NCBI GenBank assembly: GCA_051439605.1
Contig: JBFRWN010000117.1
Coordinates: forward strand, 1-35,100
Origin: Synechococcus sp.
Lineage (GTDB): Bacteria; Cyanobacteriota; Cyanobacteriia; Thermostichales; PCC-7336
DNA length: 35,100 bases
Direction of reading: 5' to 3'
Shown: in pieces, positions 1 through 10,775 of the stretch
How positions within the stretch are numbered: position 1 is the stretch's first letter
Layout: the number at the start of each line of letters is the position of its first letter
Notes under the pieces: model-generated
Told to the model about the DNA's origin: nothing
What the model saw: the letters and a program-made list of their open reading frames with translations, nothing else
The model's database searches: none
Program-made: the position numbers and the translations under genes

Positions 1-642
<642 letters not shown>

Positions 643-683
643 ATCTTGATTGACGATTAGGTTCAAAGGATTGAATCTTCGAT

Positions 684-716
684 GAAAACCGCCTCCTTGT
701 GGGGCGGTTTTCTTTT
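684..716 (+). terminator. Rho-independent terminator after psbA
   Basis: Stem GAAAACCGCCTC-cttgt-GGGGCGGTTTTC followed by TTTT. Confidence 0.85.
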
Positions 717-950
717 AGGGTGACCAACAAAAAGCTCAATTGACCGCTGCTTAGTCTGTTTGGTTGCCTTAAGCTGACGCGAGACCTGGTCGAGTATGTC
801 TGCTCCTGCCATCTCCCGCAGTCAGTGGATTAACAGGGGGATGTCATCCACTCTCCTGGAAGTGACTCGAGGCAGGTTAGCTTTCTTGCCTGTTTAGGAT
901 TCCCTGTCGCACATCACTATCGGATGAAATCTTTCAAGCCGTGCGTCGAT

Positions 951-2330
951 CTATTCCCTCTCCCCAACCGATCTCCCGTCAACAATATTCTCCGACGGAT
1001 GCAAAATCACCCGCTCGCCTGCACTTAAACCAGCTGTAACAGACACCTCAAACCGACTGCGTGCCCCCAGTTCTAACCGCCGCAACTGTGCCTTATCTTC
1101 CTCAATCACAAACGTACACCAATCGCTCGCCTGCAGCGTCGCTCGATCGGAAGCGCACCGAAACACAGAATTCAAAGGCACCTTCAACGCATCGCTAGCG
1201 CTATCCACAACTATCCGTGCATCCACCCGAAACCCGTCCCCCAATCCCTGTGGTATCCCTTCAAAATCCGCGATCGCATTCACCCGCTGCTCCTCCACCC
1301 CCAAGGCCGATGTTTCCGTAAACGCCGCCGGTTCAACCAGACGCACTTTAGCTATGAGAGTGTCCTGTCCCCCCCAGTTCTCCACCCACACTTCCGCCCC
1401 CGGTTGAATCTTGACCGCATCCTCCGACAGCACGTCTACCACAATTTCCATATCTTCTAAATTGCCTACCTCCAGCAGCTGCTCTCCCGCCTCCACAAAC
1501 CGCTCGCTCTCCTGAATCACACGCAACACCAATCCCTCTGCTGGTGAGTAAATTTCCGTACGGTTGGCCTCGTCCACTAAATTCGCCAACTCCGCCTCCA
1601 CGCTGGCAATACGAGCGTCGTACACCGCCAACAAATAATCCGGGTCCGACTGCTCTGCCTGCAGCTGCTGCAAATTCTCCCGTGCTGCCTCCACCTCTGC
1701 CTGCGTGCGCTCGGCTTCCTGCCTTGCTGCTTCCACCGCCTTTGCTTTCGTGTCTTCCTCCAATTGAGCTGACTCCAACCGCTGCCGCGATACCGCCCCT
1801 GCAGCCTCTAACCGTTCAAATCGCTCGCGATCGCGTTGTGCCTGCGCCAGCGACGCCTCGCCTTCCCCCACTTTCGCCACCGCCTCTCGGCGATCTGCCT
1901 CTGCCGCTCGAATTCGGGCTTGAGCCTGCAAAATCTCCGCTGGCTTGTGGCGCAAGGTGTCTACACCCACTCGCTCTGCCCGATATTCCTCCAGTCGCCC
2001 CCGCGCTTCCTCCACTTGGGAGGTCAGTGGCAGCGGATCGATGCGAGCCACCACATCCCCCTCCTCCACCGCATCTCCCGGATCTAGCTCAATGCGCTGT
2101 ACTCGCCCTGCCACCGGAGCCGCCACCACGAACCGAGTTCGCACCCGCGTCTTGCCCTCCGCATCCACCGTCACCACCACATCTCCCCGCTCCACCACAG
2201 CGGTGTCCACTAAAATCGGACTGGGTCGAAAGGCCCACACTAAGCCAGCAACGATGCCCAAACCCGCTAACCCGTAGGCCATCTTGCGGGATACCGCTCT
2301 AAACTCTTTGCCTAGCTTCATCCCCTGCAT
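951..2330 (-). CDS. Efflux membrane-fusion (HlyD/MacA-like) periplasmic adaptor
   Basis: N-terminal TM anchor, lipoyl-like halves (VAAPVAGRV; IYSPAEGLV) and a long coiled coil. Start is ATG 2330 or 2321, just past the permease stop. Confidence 0.9.
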   Translation of the reverse strand: MQGMKLGKEFRAVSRKMAYGLAGLGIVAGLVWAFRPSPILVDTAVVERGDVVVTVDAEGKTRVRTRFVVAAPVAGRVQRIELDPGDAVEEGDVVARIDPLPLTSQVEEARGRLEEYRAERVGVDTLRHKPAEILQAQARIRAAEADRREAVAKVGEGEASLAQAQRDRERFERLEAAGAVSRQRLESAQLEEDTKAKAVEAARQEAERTQAEVEAARENLQQLQAEQSDPDYLLAVYDARIASVEAELANLVDEANRTEIYSPAEGLVLRVIQESERFVEAGEQLLEVGNLEDMEIVVDVLSEDAVKIQPGAEVWVENWGGQDTLIAKVRLVEPAAFTETSALGVEEQRVNAIADFEGIPQGLGDGFRVDARIVVDSASDALKVPLNSVFRCASDRATLQASDWCTFVIEEDKAQLRRLELGARSRFEVSVTAGLSAGERVILHPSENIVDGRSVGERE

Positions 2331-2335
2331 GTGGC

Positions 2336-4702
2336 CTACTCCCGGGTCTTCAACACCGCAATCAAATCGAGTCGATCGAGGCGGCGACGCACCACCCAAC
2401 TAGAGAGTGTGGATGAGAGTGCAATCACGAGGAAGGCAAACGCGTATCCCGACCGAGTTACTATCGCAGGTAGCCGCATCAGCTCGGTGTGAAATGCAGT
2501 TGTCATCAGCAGCACCAGCCCCCATCCGATAGCAAACCCCACCGGAATGGCCACCACTGTCAGAATCGTCTGTTCTCCCAGCAGAATGTAGGCAATCTCC
2601 CCCCGCGTAAATCCCATAATGCGCAAACTGGCCAGCTCCCGCTCCCGTTCCGACAAAGCAATGCGGGCGGAATTGTAGATCACGCTGAAGCTGATAATGC
2701 AGGCAAATATCACCAAGACGCCGGTCATCACCCGCAGGTTATTGGCACTGATGTCCTCAAAACTGGCTAGGGCCGCTTCTCGAAAGGAAATCCCGGTGAC
2801 GGCGGGTAGCTCTTTGAGGCGATCGTACAGTTGTTTGGAGTGCAACGGATCGATCGCCAAATAGGCCCCCGAACTGGCCTGACCCTCCTCCAGCAATTGA
2901 TTCAGCGCGGAAATATCCATGTAGGCGGACAGCCCCAACATCTCGTCAATCGTCCCCGCAACCGATACTGACTTCACAGGGCGTGCCCCTTCCAACACCT
3001 CAACGGTCAGGCTGTCCCCGGGATGCACCTGCAATAACTCAGCGAGTGTGGTGGTGAGCACGATGCCGTCGGGGGGCAGCTCCACCCGTTTGAGATGGGT
3101 GTCCACCAGTTGCCGCAATTCCCCATGGGGTTCCATCCCCGTCACCGCATTCCGGCGGACGAGGTGGTCGTGGCGCAGGCGGGCGGGCACGAGTCGGTAG
3201 GATTCCGATTGCAGTACCCCTGGCAATTGCGCCACTTCGTATCTCACCCTGGCCGATCGCGGCTCTGTGAAGGCGATCGATACATCCTCTCGCTGCACGT
3301 TGCGAAACTGCACTTCAATCAGCAGGTCTAGGGCATCCCCAAAAAATCCCCCCACTATCAAAATGGCAGCGGCAATCCCGATCCCTACAACAGAGAGGAA
3401 AGCTCGCAGCGGTGCTCGTTCTATGTTGCGCAGAATGATGCGGGTGGGCAGCGAAAACCACCGCTGCAACCCCAGCCGCTCTACCACCGTGGGTCGAAAC
3501 TCTGCCGGAGGTTGAGGCCGCATCGCTTCTGCTGGAGGCAAAGCCATCGCCCGCCCCACCGCAGATATTCCTCCGATAACCGCTGCTGCAGCACTGACTA
3601 ACACCGCCGAAGCGATCGTGCTGGCGCTAGCCATATATTGCAGCAGAGGGAAGCTAAAGAAGGTGGTGTATAGCTGCGTCAGCCCTTTTCCTAGCCATAG
3701 CCCCACCCCCAGTCCTAACACTGTCCCAAAACTCACCAATGCCAGCACCAACTTGAGATAGTGGCTGCTAATGGCCCAACTGCCGTAGCCGAACGCTTTC
3801 AGTACCGCAATCTGTTCCCGCTGGGTGGCCACCAGCCGCGTCATGACGATATTGAGCAGAAAGGCGGCGATCGCCAAAAACAACGTGGGTAAAAAATTAC
3901 CGGTATTGCTCAGTTCCTCTAGCTCGTTGGACAGAATGTTGTGGGAGAGCTGGTCCTTGCGCCCGTAGGCACCAATCCCCCCATAGATCTCTAGCAAGGA
4001 ATCAAGGCGATCGATGACTTCCTCCAACCGCGACCCCGGCGATAGGGTCAGCGTGACGTTGTTAAAGGCCCCATCCATATCGAAGGCGGTACCCAACCCC
4101 TGCCGCCCCATCCACATCACCCCAAACAGCTTGTTTTCGGGAAACAGCGTACCGGCCCCGCGAACTTCGTAGACGTATTCCGGGGACAGGGCTATTCCGA
4201 CCACCTGAAGTTGTTGCCAGCGCCCGTTAATAATCGCTCCGACACTGTCCCCCACTTCTAAGTGATTGGCGTCCGCAAATGACTCGCTCACCAGTACTTC
4301 GTCACTGCGTCCCGGTTCTAAAGTCCGCCCCCGCCGCAGAAAAATATCGTTCAGCACTGGAGGTTGGCGATCGGGCAGCGATACCAGCCGCCCTGTAGCA
4401 GGCTCGTCCAGCCCCGGTACATCCAGGGTCACATCCCGCACCACCCGCGTTTGTACCTGCTCCACCCCTGGAATCTGGGCAATTCGAGCGGTCAAAGACT
4501 CCGGTGCCCGCTTCAGTTCCGCAAACACCTCCGCAAACCGATAGCGATCGTAATAGGTGGTCTGAGTCAGCTCTAACGATTCCAGCGCGCTCAGAGACAT
4601 GACAAAACTAGCAATCCCGCAAGCCACCACGAGAGCGATCGCAATCGCCTGTCCCCTCAGACGCATTAGGTCCCGCAGCAATTTGCGATCGAGGGGATGC
4701 AT
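2336..4702 (-). CDS. ABC exporter permease, FtsX/MacB type with duplicated architecture
   Basis: Two FtsX signatures (QREQIAVLKAFGY; ERERELASLRIMGF), periplasmic domains and TM segments. ATG at 4702 directly follows the ATPase stop at 4705. Confidence 0.92.
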   Translation of the reverse strand: MHPLDRKLLRDLMRLRGQAIAIALVVACGIASFVMSLSALESLELTQTTYYDRYRFAEVFAELKRAPESLTARIAQIPGVEQVQTRVVRDVTLDVPGLDEPATGRLVSLPDRQPPVLNDIFLRRGRTLEPGRSDEVLVSESFADANHLEVGDSVGAIINGRWQQLQVVGIALSPEYVYEVRGAGTLFPENKLFGVMWMGRQGLGTAFDMDGAFNNVTLTLSPGSRLEEVIDRLDSLLEIYGGIGAYGRKDQLSHNILSNELEELSNTGNFLPTLFLAIAAFLLNIVMTRLVATQREQIAVLKAFGYGSWAISSHYLKLVLALVSFGTVLGLGVGLWLGKGLTQLYTTFFSFPLLQYMASASTIASAVLVSAAAAVIGGISAVGRAMALPPAEAMRPQPPAEFRPTVVERLGLQRWFSLPTRIILRNIERAPLRAFLSVVGIGIAAAILIVGGFFGDALDLLIEVQFRNVQREDVSIAFTEPRSARVRYEVAQLPGVLQSESYRLVPARLRHDHLVRRNAVTGMEPHGELRQLVDTHLKRVELPPDGIVLTTTLAELLQVHPGDSLTVEVLEGARPVKSVSVAGTIDEMLGLSAYMDISALNQLLEEGQASSGAYLAIDPLHSKQLYDRLKELPAVTGISFREAALASFEDISANNLRVMTGVLVIFACIISFSVIYNSARIALSERERELASLRIMGFTRGEIAYILLGEQTILTVVAIPVGFAIGWGLVLLMTTAFHTELMRLPAIVTRSGYAFAFLVIALSSTLSSWVVRRRLDRLDLIAVLKTRE

Positions 4703-4704
4703 GG

Positions 4705-5451
4705 CTACCACTCCAACTGAGCGGGGGACAGCTTTTCGCGATTGTGGCGCACCTTGACGATTTCGCCGCTGCGCATGGTGATGACGCGATCGGCCATGCC
4801 TGCAATTCCGGCATTGTGGGTAATGACAGCTGTGGTGGTACCCAACTCTCGGTTGACTCGCTCCAGTACGTCCAAAACCAGCTTGCCGGTTTCAAAATCC
4901 AGCGCTCCCGTCGGTTCGTCGCACAGTAACACCTCGGGCCGTTTGGCAATGGCACGGGCGATCGCCACCCGCTGTTGTTCTCCCCCTGAAAGCTGAGCGG
5001 GAAAGTGGTCCACCCGATGGGCAAGCCCCACCATGCCGAGGGCATCTTTGGGGTGCATAGGTTGACTGGCGAGTTCGGTGACTAGGGCAACGTTTTCAGC
5101 AGCAGTGAGGCTGGGGATAAGGTTGTAAAACTGGAACACAAACCCGACGTGTTCGCGGCGGAATTGCGTCAGGGCAGCGTCGTTGGCAGCGGTGAGCAGG
5201 CGATCGCGAAAGTACACCTTACCCGAGCTGGGCACGTCCAGCCCTCCCAGAATGTTCAAGAGGGTGGACTTTCCACTGCCGGAGGGACCGAGCAAGACCA
5301 CAAATTCTCCGGCATAAAGCTCTAAGTCGATCGCGCGCAGCGCAGTGACTTCTACTTCTCCCACTTGGTAGATCTTGCTGACAGAGCACATGGCGTAGAT
5401 GGCTCGGGGTGGGGAAGCAAGAGAGGGGGTGGGGAAAGTGGGATTAGTCAT
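4705..5451 (-). CDS. ABC transporter ATP-binding protein (LolD/MacB-like)
   Basis: Walker A GPSGSGKS, signature LSGGEQQRV, Walker [13 protein letters not shown]-loop VITH. Confidence 0.96.
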   Translation of the reverse strand: MTNPTFPTPSLASPPRAIYAMCSVSKIYQVGEVEVTALRAIDLELYAGEFVVLLGPSGSGKSTLLNILGGLDVPSSGKVYFRDRLLTAANDAALTQFRREHVGFVFQFYNLIPSLTAAENVALVTELASQPMHPKDALGMVGLAHRVDHFPAQLSGGEQQRVAIARAIAKRPEVLLCDEPTGALDFETGKLVLDVLERVNRELGTTTAVITHNAGIAGMADRVITMRSGEIVKVRHNREKLSPAQLEW

Positions 5452-5905
5452 GGGTCATGAGTCATCGGTTGTTAAGAAAAGTAGGAACCCAGGACAAAGC
5501 AGCTGCTTGACAACAGCATTGGAGATCGGAGTTTGGCACTACAAGCTGGCTCCACATTTCCATGGTGAAGGGCGAAAAAATAGCATGCGGAGATTCTTCA
5601 GATTTCTTGAATAAATTTTTTACAGGTTTCACCTTAGGTGGTAAATCGAGAGATGTGATAAGTGAGTCGCTTGACTGACTTATCGTCTAGGTCTTTGCTG
5701 GCCCAAGCAACAGAAATATGGAATTAGCACCCCAAATTGAATATCCAAACAGGTCGCATTCGCAAACCTATGTGGAGTGAGTGCATCGAGTGCATCGTTA
5801 CAATCAATCGGTTCCAGAGGTGTATCGGCACCAGACTGGCTACCCCCACTTTCTCTCAACCCATTGAGACAGGAAGAAAAACTCCGGGTATTTACTTGGA
5901 TCGGA

Positions 5906-7006
5906 TTAGGTATCTACCTGCTCAGGAGTTTGAGGCAATGTCTCCTGTTCGGAGATTTCTTTTTGAGGATTTTCTTCTATCTTATCCAATACATCTTTTA
6001 CGAATGCCTCTTCCACCCAGGTTTTGCTTACCACTGCTAAAGGGAGTGCTAAGATTAATCCTAAAATTCCAAAGAATGTCGTAAAAAATATTTGTGCAAT
6101 TAGAGTCCCTGCAGGCAGCAAAGAAACTTGTCTATGCATCACGACTGGACTAAACCAATAGGTTTCCAGATTTTGAACAATCACATAAAGAATGATTACT
6201 CCGACCGCCTGCCAAAATGAATCTAAGAGCGCAACTGAAATGGGGAAGATGGAGCTGAGTACAGGGCCGATGTTGGGGACAAAATTAAATACACCTGCTA
6301 AGAGAGCATTGGCAAACACAAATTGAACATCCAATATGGAAAGACCTATGGCACATAAGGTTGCCACAAAGATTGAATTAAAAAATATGCCTTGTAGCCA
6401 ATTGAGTAAAGCCCCTTCGCATTTGGATAAAATTGAATCTGCTCGCGATCGATACGTTGCAGGAAACAGTCGCAATATTAATTGTCGGTAGGAATGAGGA
6501 TCGACCAAAAACATGATGGTCAGGACAATAACCAACAGCAACTGCAAGGCTGTTAGGACCGAGTTTGAGAAAAAGACGAATAAATTTTCCGCCAATTGTC
6601 CCGCCACCGGCCCTACTTGTTCGAGGATGTCGGAGAACTGGGGCAGTAATTGAAAATCTTGCCCAGGCCACCAGCGTTCCAATGCAATCAGCAGTTCATC
6701 AACCGCACCTGGAATTCGATTGAGGCCAGCTGGCAGGAGTTGAATGAGTTGCCCCAGTTGGGAAATAAAAGGAGGTATTACCAAGGCAACAAATGCAGTA
6801 CAAGCTAGCAGTAGCAAATTCACTGCTGCAAACACTGCTAGCCTACGTCTGAGGCGCAATCGCCGCCCAATCCAGCGAACCAAACCATTGATGGACGTAG
6901 CCAGCACAACTGCTGTAAATACGAGTAACACAACCTGTCGAAACCGCCAGAGAGCAATCGACGCGATCGCAAAGCAAAGCAAGCCTATCCAATGGTTGAG
7001 CTTCAC
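5906..7006 (-). CDS. AI-2E family (UPF0118) transporter
   Basis: Multi-TM protein of 366 aa with the typical motifs NFVPNIGP, QNLETYWFSP and FGILGLILALPL. Confidence 0.9.
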   Translation of the reverse strand: MKLNHWIGLLCFAIASIALWRFRQVVLLVFTAVVLATSINGLVRWIGRRLRLRRRLAVFAAVNLLLLACTAFVALVIPPFISQLGQLIQLLPAGLNRIPGAVDELLIALERWWPGQDFQLLPQFSDILEQVGPVAGQLAENLFVFFSNSVLTALQLLLVIVLTIMFLVDPHSYRQLILRLFPATYRSRADSILSKCEGALLNWLQGIFFNSIFVATLCAIGLSILDVQFVFANALLAGVFNFVPNIGPVLSSIFPISVALLDSFWQAVGVIILYVIVQNLETYWFSPVVMHRQVSLLPAGTLIAQIFFTTFFGILGLILALPLAVVSKTWVEEAFVKDVLDKIEENPQKEISEQETLPQTPEQVDT

Positions 7007-7149
7007 GGCATCGATCCTTTTCTCAAGTTGAGGAAATAGCTATCGCTTTGTTTGAAGTCTTTAACATCGATCTATTGTTTCATTGGTAAGGCTATACGTT
7101 CGACTGACTGACTTGCAGCTTGTACTGGGTTGCCAATCCGAGATCTCAT

Positions 7150-7638
7150 TTATTGGACTTCCGGGGCTGCATAGTCTCCTGATTTGCCACCACTTTTTGT
7201 CAGCAGCCGAATATTCTCAATCTGCATTGATTTCTCCAGCGCCTTTGACATGTCATAAACCGTCAGCGCCGCCAAGGAAACAGCAGTGAGAGCCTCCATT
7301 TCCACACCGGTCGGAGCCGTCGTTCTCACCGTTGCCTCGATCTCCAGTCCCGGCAACTGGTGATTGGGAGTAATCTCAACGGCAATTTTAGTCAGCGGGA
7401 GCGGATGACAGAGGGGAATTAAATTCGAAGTCTGTTTGGCGGCCATAATGCCAGCCAGTTTGGCAGTCCCAATGACGGCTCCTTTGGGGGCATCCCCAGC
7501 CAGAATAGCCTCTAAAGTCTCTGGCAACATTCGCACTTGCCCTGCAGCCGTTGCCTGTCGTACCGTTGCAGTCTTGTCAGACACATCAACCATCGCGATC
7601 TGTCCATCGGATGTGATGTGGGTGAGGGGGTTGTCCAT
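7150..7638 (-). CDS. moaC: Cyclic pyranopterin monophosphate synthase MoaC
   Basis: Motifs LTH...[36 protein letters not shown]. Confidence 0.97.
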   Translation of the reverse strand: MDNPLTHITSDGQIAMVDVSDKTATVRQATAAGQVRMLPETLEAILAGDAPKGAVIGTAKLAGIMAAKQTSNLIPLCHPLPLTKIAVEITPNHQLPGLEIEATVRTTAPTGVEMEALTAVSLAALTVYDMSKALEKSMQIENIRLLTKSGGKSGDYAAPEVQ

Positions 7639-7726
7639 TAGGGGTTGCTCGTCAGGTTAAGGGGACTGGATAAAGTTTGCCATCGGCTAGGATCTCAAAA
7701 GCCTTTTATCCATTTCAACTCCACCC

Positions 7727-8281
7727 ATGCTGCAGCACGTCGAAGTCATTCCACACAATCCTGCATGGCACGAGCAATTTGAACAAGAAGCTGCGAGTAT
7801 CCGTAAGGCAGTCCATAAACCTCATTTGCCCATCCACCACATTGGCAGCACCTCTATTCCCGGTATTAGTGCAAAACCCATCATTGACATGTTGGTGGAA
7901 GTGTCAGACATCCGCCATGTGGCTGACCAGCTTAACGGTGGCATGATTCGTTTGGGCTACTTTCCCGCAGGTGCGTTTGGAGTAAGAGGTCGCAAGCTTT
8001 TTATCAAAGGGGATGACAAAATACGCACCCACCATGTGCACGTTTATCAAACGGGTGACCCGGCGATCGCCAAATTCATCGATTTCAGGGATTACCTCAT
8101 TGCCCATCCAGATGTCGCTCAAGCCTACGATCGCCTCAAACAGGATTTGGCCCAACAATATGAGGATGATGTGGCCAGCTATTACAAGGGCAAAACCGCC
8201 TTTCTCGAAAAAATTGCCCTCAAGGCAACCGCTTGGAAAGCGACCGCTACATTGCCGCAACTAGATCGATCTGGAGCTTGA
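7727..8281 (+). CDS. GrpB/UPF0157 family nucleotidyltransferase-fold protein
   Basis: Motifs HHIGSTSIPGISAKPIID, THHVHV, FRDYL..HP, Y..LK..LA and YYKGKT. Confidence 0.88.
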   Translation: MLQHVEVIPHNPAWHEQFEQEAASIRKAVHKPHLPIHHIGSTSIPGISAKPIIDMLVEVSDIRHVADQLNGGMIRLGYFPAGAFGVRGRKLFIKGDDKIRTHHVHVYQTGDPAIAKFIDFRDYLIAHPDVAQAYDRLKQDLAQQYEDDVASYYKGKTAFLEKIALKATAWKATATLPQLDRSGA

Positions 8282-8408
8282 GGATAAACTTCTTGGCTGA
8301 TATTGCATCCATTGGTTTGGCGATATAGAACCCCTGAACCTTATGACACTTCATATTGTTTAGCTGTTTCAGTTGCTCAGCATTCTCTACCCGACTCTCC
8401 AACTGTAA

Positions 8409-9104
8409 TTAGGTACTGGGGACTGCAACCGGTGGCGACGCCGGAGGTTTAAGTTTGCGGTTTTGCTCTTGATAGCGTTGTTGGGCCGCTGCTTTTAGGT
8501 CGTAGGCTTGCCAGGTGAGGTCTAGTAGACCGTCGACGATCGCCGCTGCAACGCAGGCTCCCCCCTTGCCCCCCTTGGTGACAATATTGGGGATATTCAA
8601 TTCCATCAGCTGCTGTTTGGGATTGCTGGCGGTGGTGAAGCTAGGGGGGGCGGCTACCACAAAGGCGGGCATGGCTTCTTGCGCTTTGATGAGGGCCACC
8701 AGTATGCGCAGGGCCTCTGAGGATTGGCCGATGACAAAAATAGCTTCGGGATACCGGCGGGCAAGGGTTTCAACTCCCCAAGCGATCGCTGGTTTGGTGC
8801 GCTGCGGTCGGGTGATAGTTTCGGCTCCGCAATAGACCGGATTGGCAAACGTATCTTGAATGGTGCGCACGATGCCCACCTGCACCATGGGATCGTCCAC
8901 AACGATGGTCGTCCGTGCTGCTAGGGCCGCGGCCCCTGATGTCAGGGCATTAGGGGAAAAATGGATGCTGTTCAGGTAATCAAAGTCACCGCTGGCAAGA
9001 ATGGCGCGACGTACCACAGCATAGGCCGCTGGGGCTAGTCCGTGATTGTAGGTGAGGAGATCGATTGTGGCTAGCTTCTTAGCGTTACTAGCGTGCCATT
9101 CCAT
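8409..9104 (-). CDS. Precorrin-8X methylmutase (CobH/CbiC)-like protein, divergent paralog
   Basis: Motifs VVRRAILASGDFDY, FVIGQS..AL and KGGKGGACVAAAIVDGL. Likely start MEWH at ATG 9104; the upstream extension in the ORF track looks non-coding. Confidence 0.8.
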   Translation of the reverse strand: MEWHASNAKKLATIDLLTYNHGLAPAAYAVVRRAILASGDFDYLNSIHFSPNALTSGAAALAARTTIVVDDPMVQVGIVRTIQDTFANPVYCGAETITRPQRTKPAIAWGVETLARRYPEAIFVIGQSSEALRILVALIKAQEAMPAFVVAAPPSFTTASNPKQQLMELNIPNIVTKGGKGGACVAAAIVDGLLDLTWQAYDLKAAAQQRYQEQNRKLKPPASPPVAVPST

Positions 9105-9358
9105 ATCAATGGCCCTCATTGAGTAAAATAACACCGATGGTAGGCAGCATGGTCTACATGTCGGTATAACTGCGATGTTTCCCAAGAAGCCCAGAGAAGT
9201 TCCCCCCTTTGGTAGCACAGTTGCTTGGAAAGGGGAGGAAGAGTTTGGAATGGTATTGGCCCTTAATGCCAAAATAAGAGGCTACTCGGGCGAAAATATA
9301 GGCATTCGTGGCTCTCGTTCCACTCTCCCAAGCCGGGGAGGGGGTCATCGAACTCAGG

Positions 9359-10639
9359 TTATATCAATGCTTGGGTGAGCAGGACTGAAACGGTTGTTCC
9401 CGTCTCTAGGCGCTGCGTACCTTCTGGCAAGATCGCAAGGGCATTGGTACCCGCAAGATTAATTAAATTCCCCGAGCCATGCTCGTTGGCAGGAGCAAAT
9501 TGCAGGTGGCCGTTTTGGACAGTTACTTTCCCCCATAGGTATGTCTCCCTTACGCCTCCAGCGGTCAGCGGGCTTTGGGCGATCGCGGTGAGTAGGCTGG
9601 GTGACCAGGGGGCTGGCTGGCCTTCTAGCTTTCTGAGGGCGGGCAGCACAAAGCGCCAAAAACAAACCATGGCAGAAACCGGATTCCCCGGTAGGCCGCA
9701 AAAGAGTTTGGGGGGAGCATCCGCTTGCGGGAACGTGGCGAAGGTGAAGGGTTTTCCTGGTTTGATGGCAACTTTGCGGATGTGAATCTGTGCTCCTAGC
9801 TCCTCCAGGACCGATTCGACGTGGTCGTAGTCCCCCACGGAGACGCCGCCGCTGGATAGGAGCACATCGCAGGATTTGAGGGCAGAGGCGATCGCTTGTT
9901 TAAGGGCTGCTTTCCCTGCGGCGATTTTTCCAGCTTCTCCTTTCCGATTGGTCTTATCCCCAATCCCAGTATCTTTGACAATGCCTAACCGCTGAGGAAT
10001 GCCCCCTGCCTGCTGCACCAGCGCGCTCAATCCCGGTTGATTGGAATCCACGATTTGGCCGGGACTGGAGGGGTGGCCTGGGCTAACCAATTCATCTCCG
10101 GTGGAAACAATGCCCACCCGTGCCTGCCGAAACACTGGCACGTATAGCCGGCGCACCGCCACCAGCAGAGCAACTTCTGGGGCCCCTAAACGTTGACCGG
10201 CGGACAGGAGGCGATCGCCCGTTCTACAGAATTGTCCCTGCTGGCGGACAAATTTCCCCTGAGGGGAGAAGGCCAGAATGCGCACTCGTTCGGGAGCGAT
10301 GCGCTCAGTGTCTTCCTGAATAACGATGGTGTCGGCCCCGGCAGGTAGTTCGGAGCCCGTGAACAGGCGAGTCGCTTGCCCCGGTTGCAGGGAAACTTGA
10401 CTGAGGGTGCCTGCAGGAACTGTTTCCACCACAGTCAGTTCGGTGGGGATGTTGGCTAAATCGGTATGACGTACTGCATAGCCATCCATGCTGGAGGTGG
10501 CTGCTGGGGGAAAATCTTGAGGACTGACGATCTCGCAAGCGAGCACCCGACCGCGAGCGGCGCTTAAATCCACCCATTCGGTGCCGAGGGGATCGGCCTG
10601 TTCAAGTACAATGGTTTCCGCCTGGAGGACGGGTATCAT
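9359..10639 (-). CDS. moeA: Molybdopterin molybdenumtransferase MoeA
   Basis: Motifs SSMDGYAV, LPAGADTIVIQED, STGDEL, SSGGVSVGDYD, IKPGKP and LPGNPVS. Likely start MIPV at 10639. Confidence 0.96.
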   Translation of the reverse strand: MIPVLQAETIVLEQADPLGTEWVDLSAARGRVLACEIVSPQDFPPAATSSMDGYAVRHTDLANIPTELTVVETVPAGTLSQVSLQPGQATRLFTGSELPAGADTIVIQEDTERIAPERVRILAFSPQGKFVRQQGQFCRTGDRLLSAGQRLGAPEVALLVAVRRLYVPVFRQARVGIVSTGDELVSPGHPSSPGQIVDSNQPGLSALVQQAGGIPQRLGIVKDTGIGDKTNRKGEAGKIAAGKAALKQAIASALKSCDVLLSSGGVSVGDYDHVESVLEELGAQIHIRKVAIKPGKPFTFATFPQADAPPKLFCGLPGNPVSAMVCFWRFVLPALRKLEGQPAPWSPSLLTAIAQSPLTAGGVRETYLWGKVTVQNGHLQFAPANEHGSGNLINLAGTNALAILPEGTQRLETGTTVSVLLTQALI

Positions 10640-10775
10640 AGCTCGATTGCTGAGGGGATGGTTCACGATGGGGCTCTGGGCAAGCGGAAATTGGTTGTGA
10701 TTGTAGGGTGTATTGCCATGCCGGAGCCACCTTTGCACATTAAAAAATCCAGCGATTCAATCTAGGTGAGGACAC

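Noticed and set aside
720..950. Short inverted repeats between psbA and the exporter (GTGGAT/ATCCAC; AGGCAGG/CTTGCCT)
   Set aside because: The stems are short and compatible with chance or a weak terminator; no other support.
1544..2302. 252-aa Pro-rich ORF and other long antisense ORFs (e.g. 12454-13053, 13141-13614, 30777-31202)
   Set aside because: These are shadow frames of well-supported genes on the opposite strand.
5737..6084. 115-aa and 87-aa + strand ORFs
   Set aside because: They overlap the AI-2E gene 3' end in antisense and show no recognisable motif or RBS.
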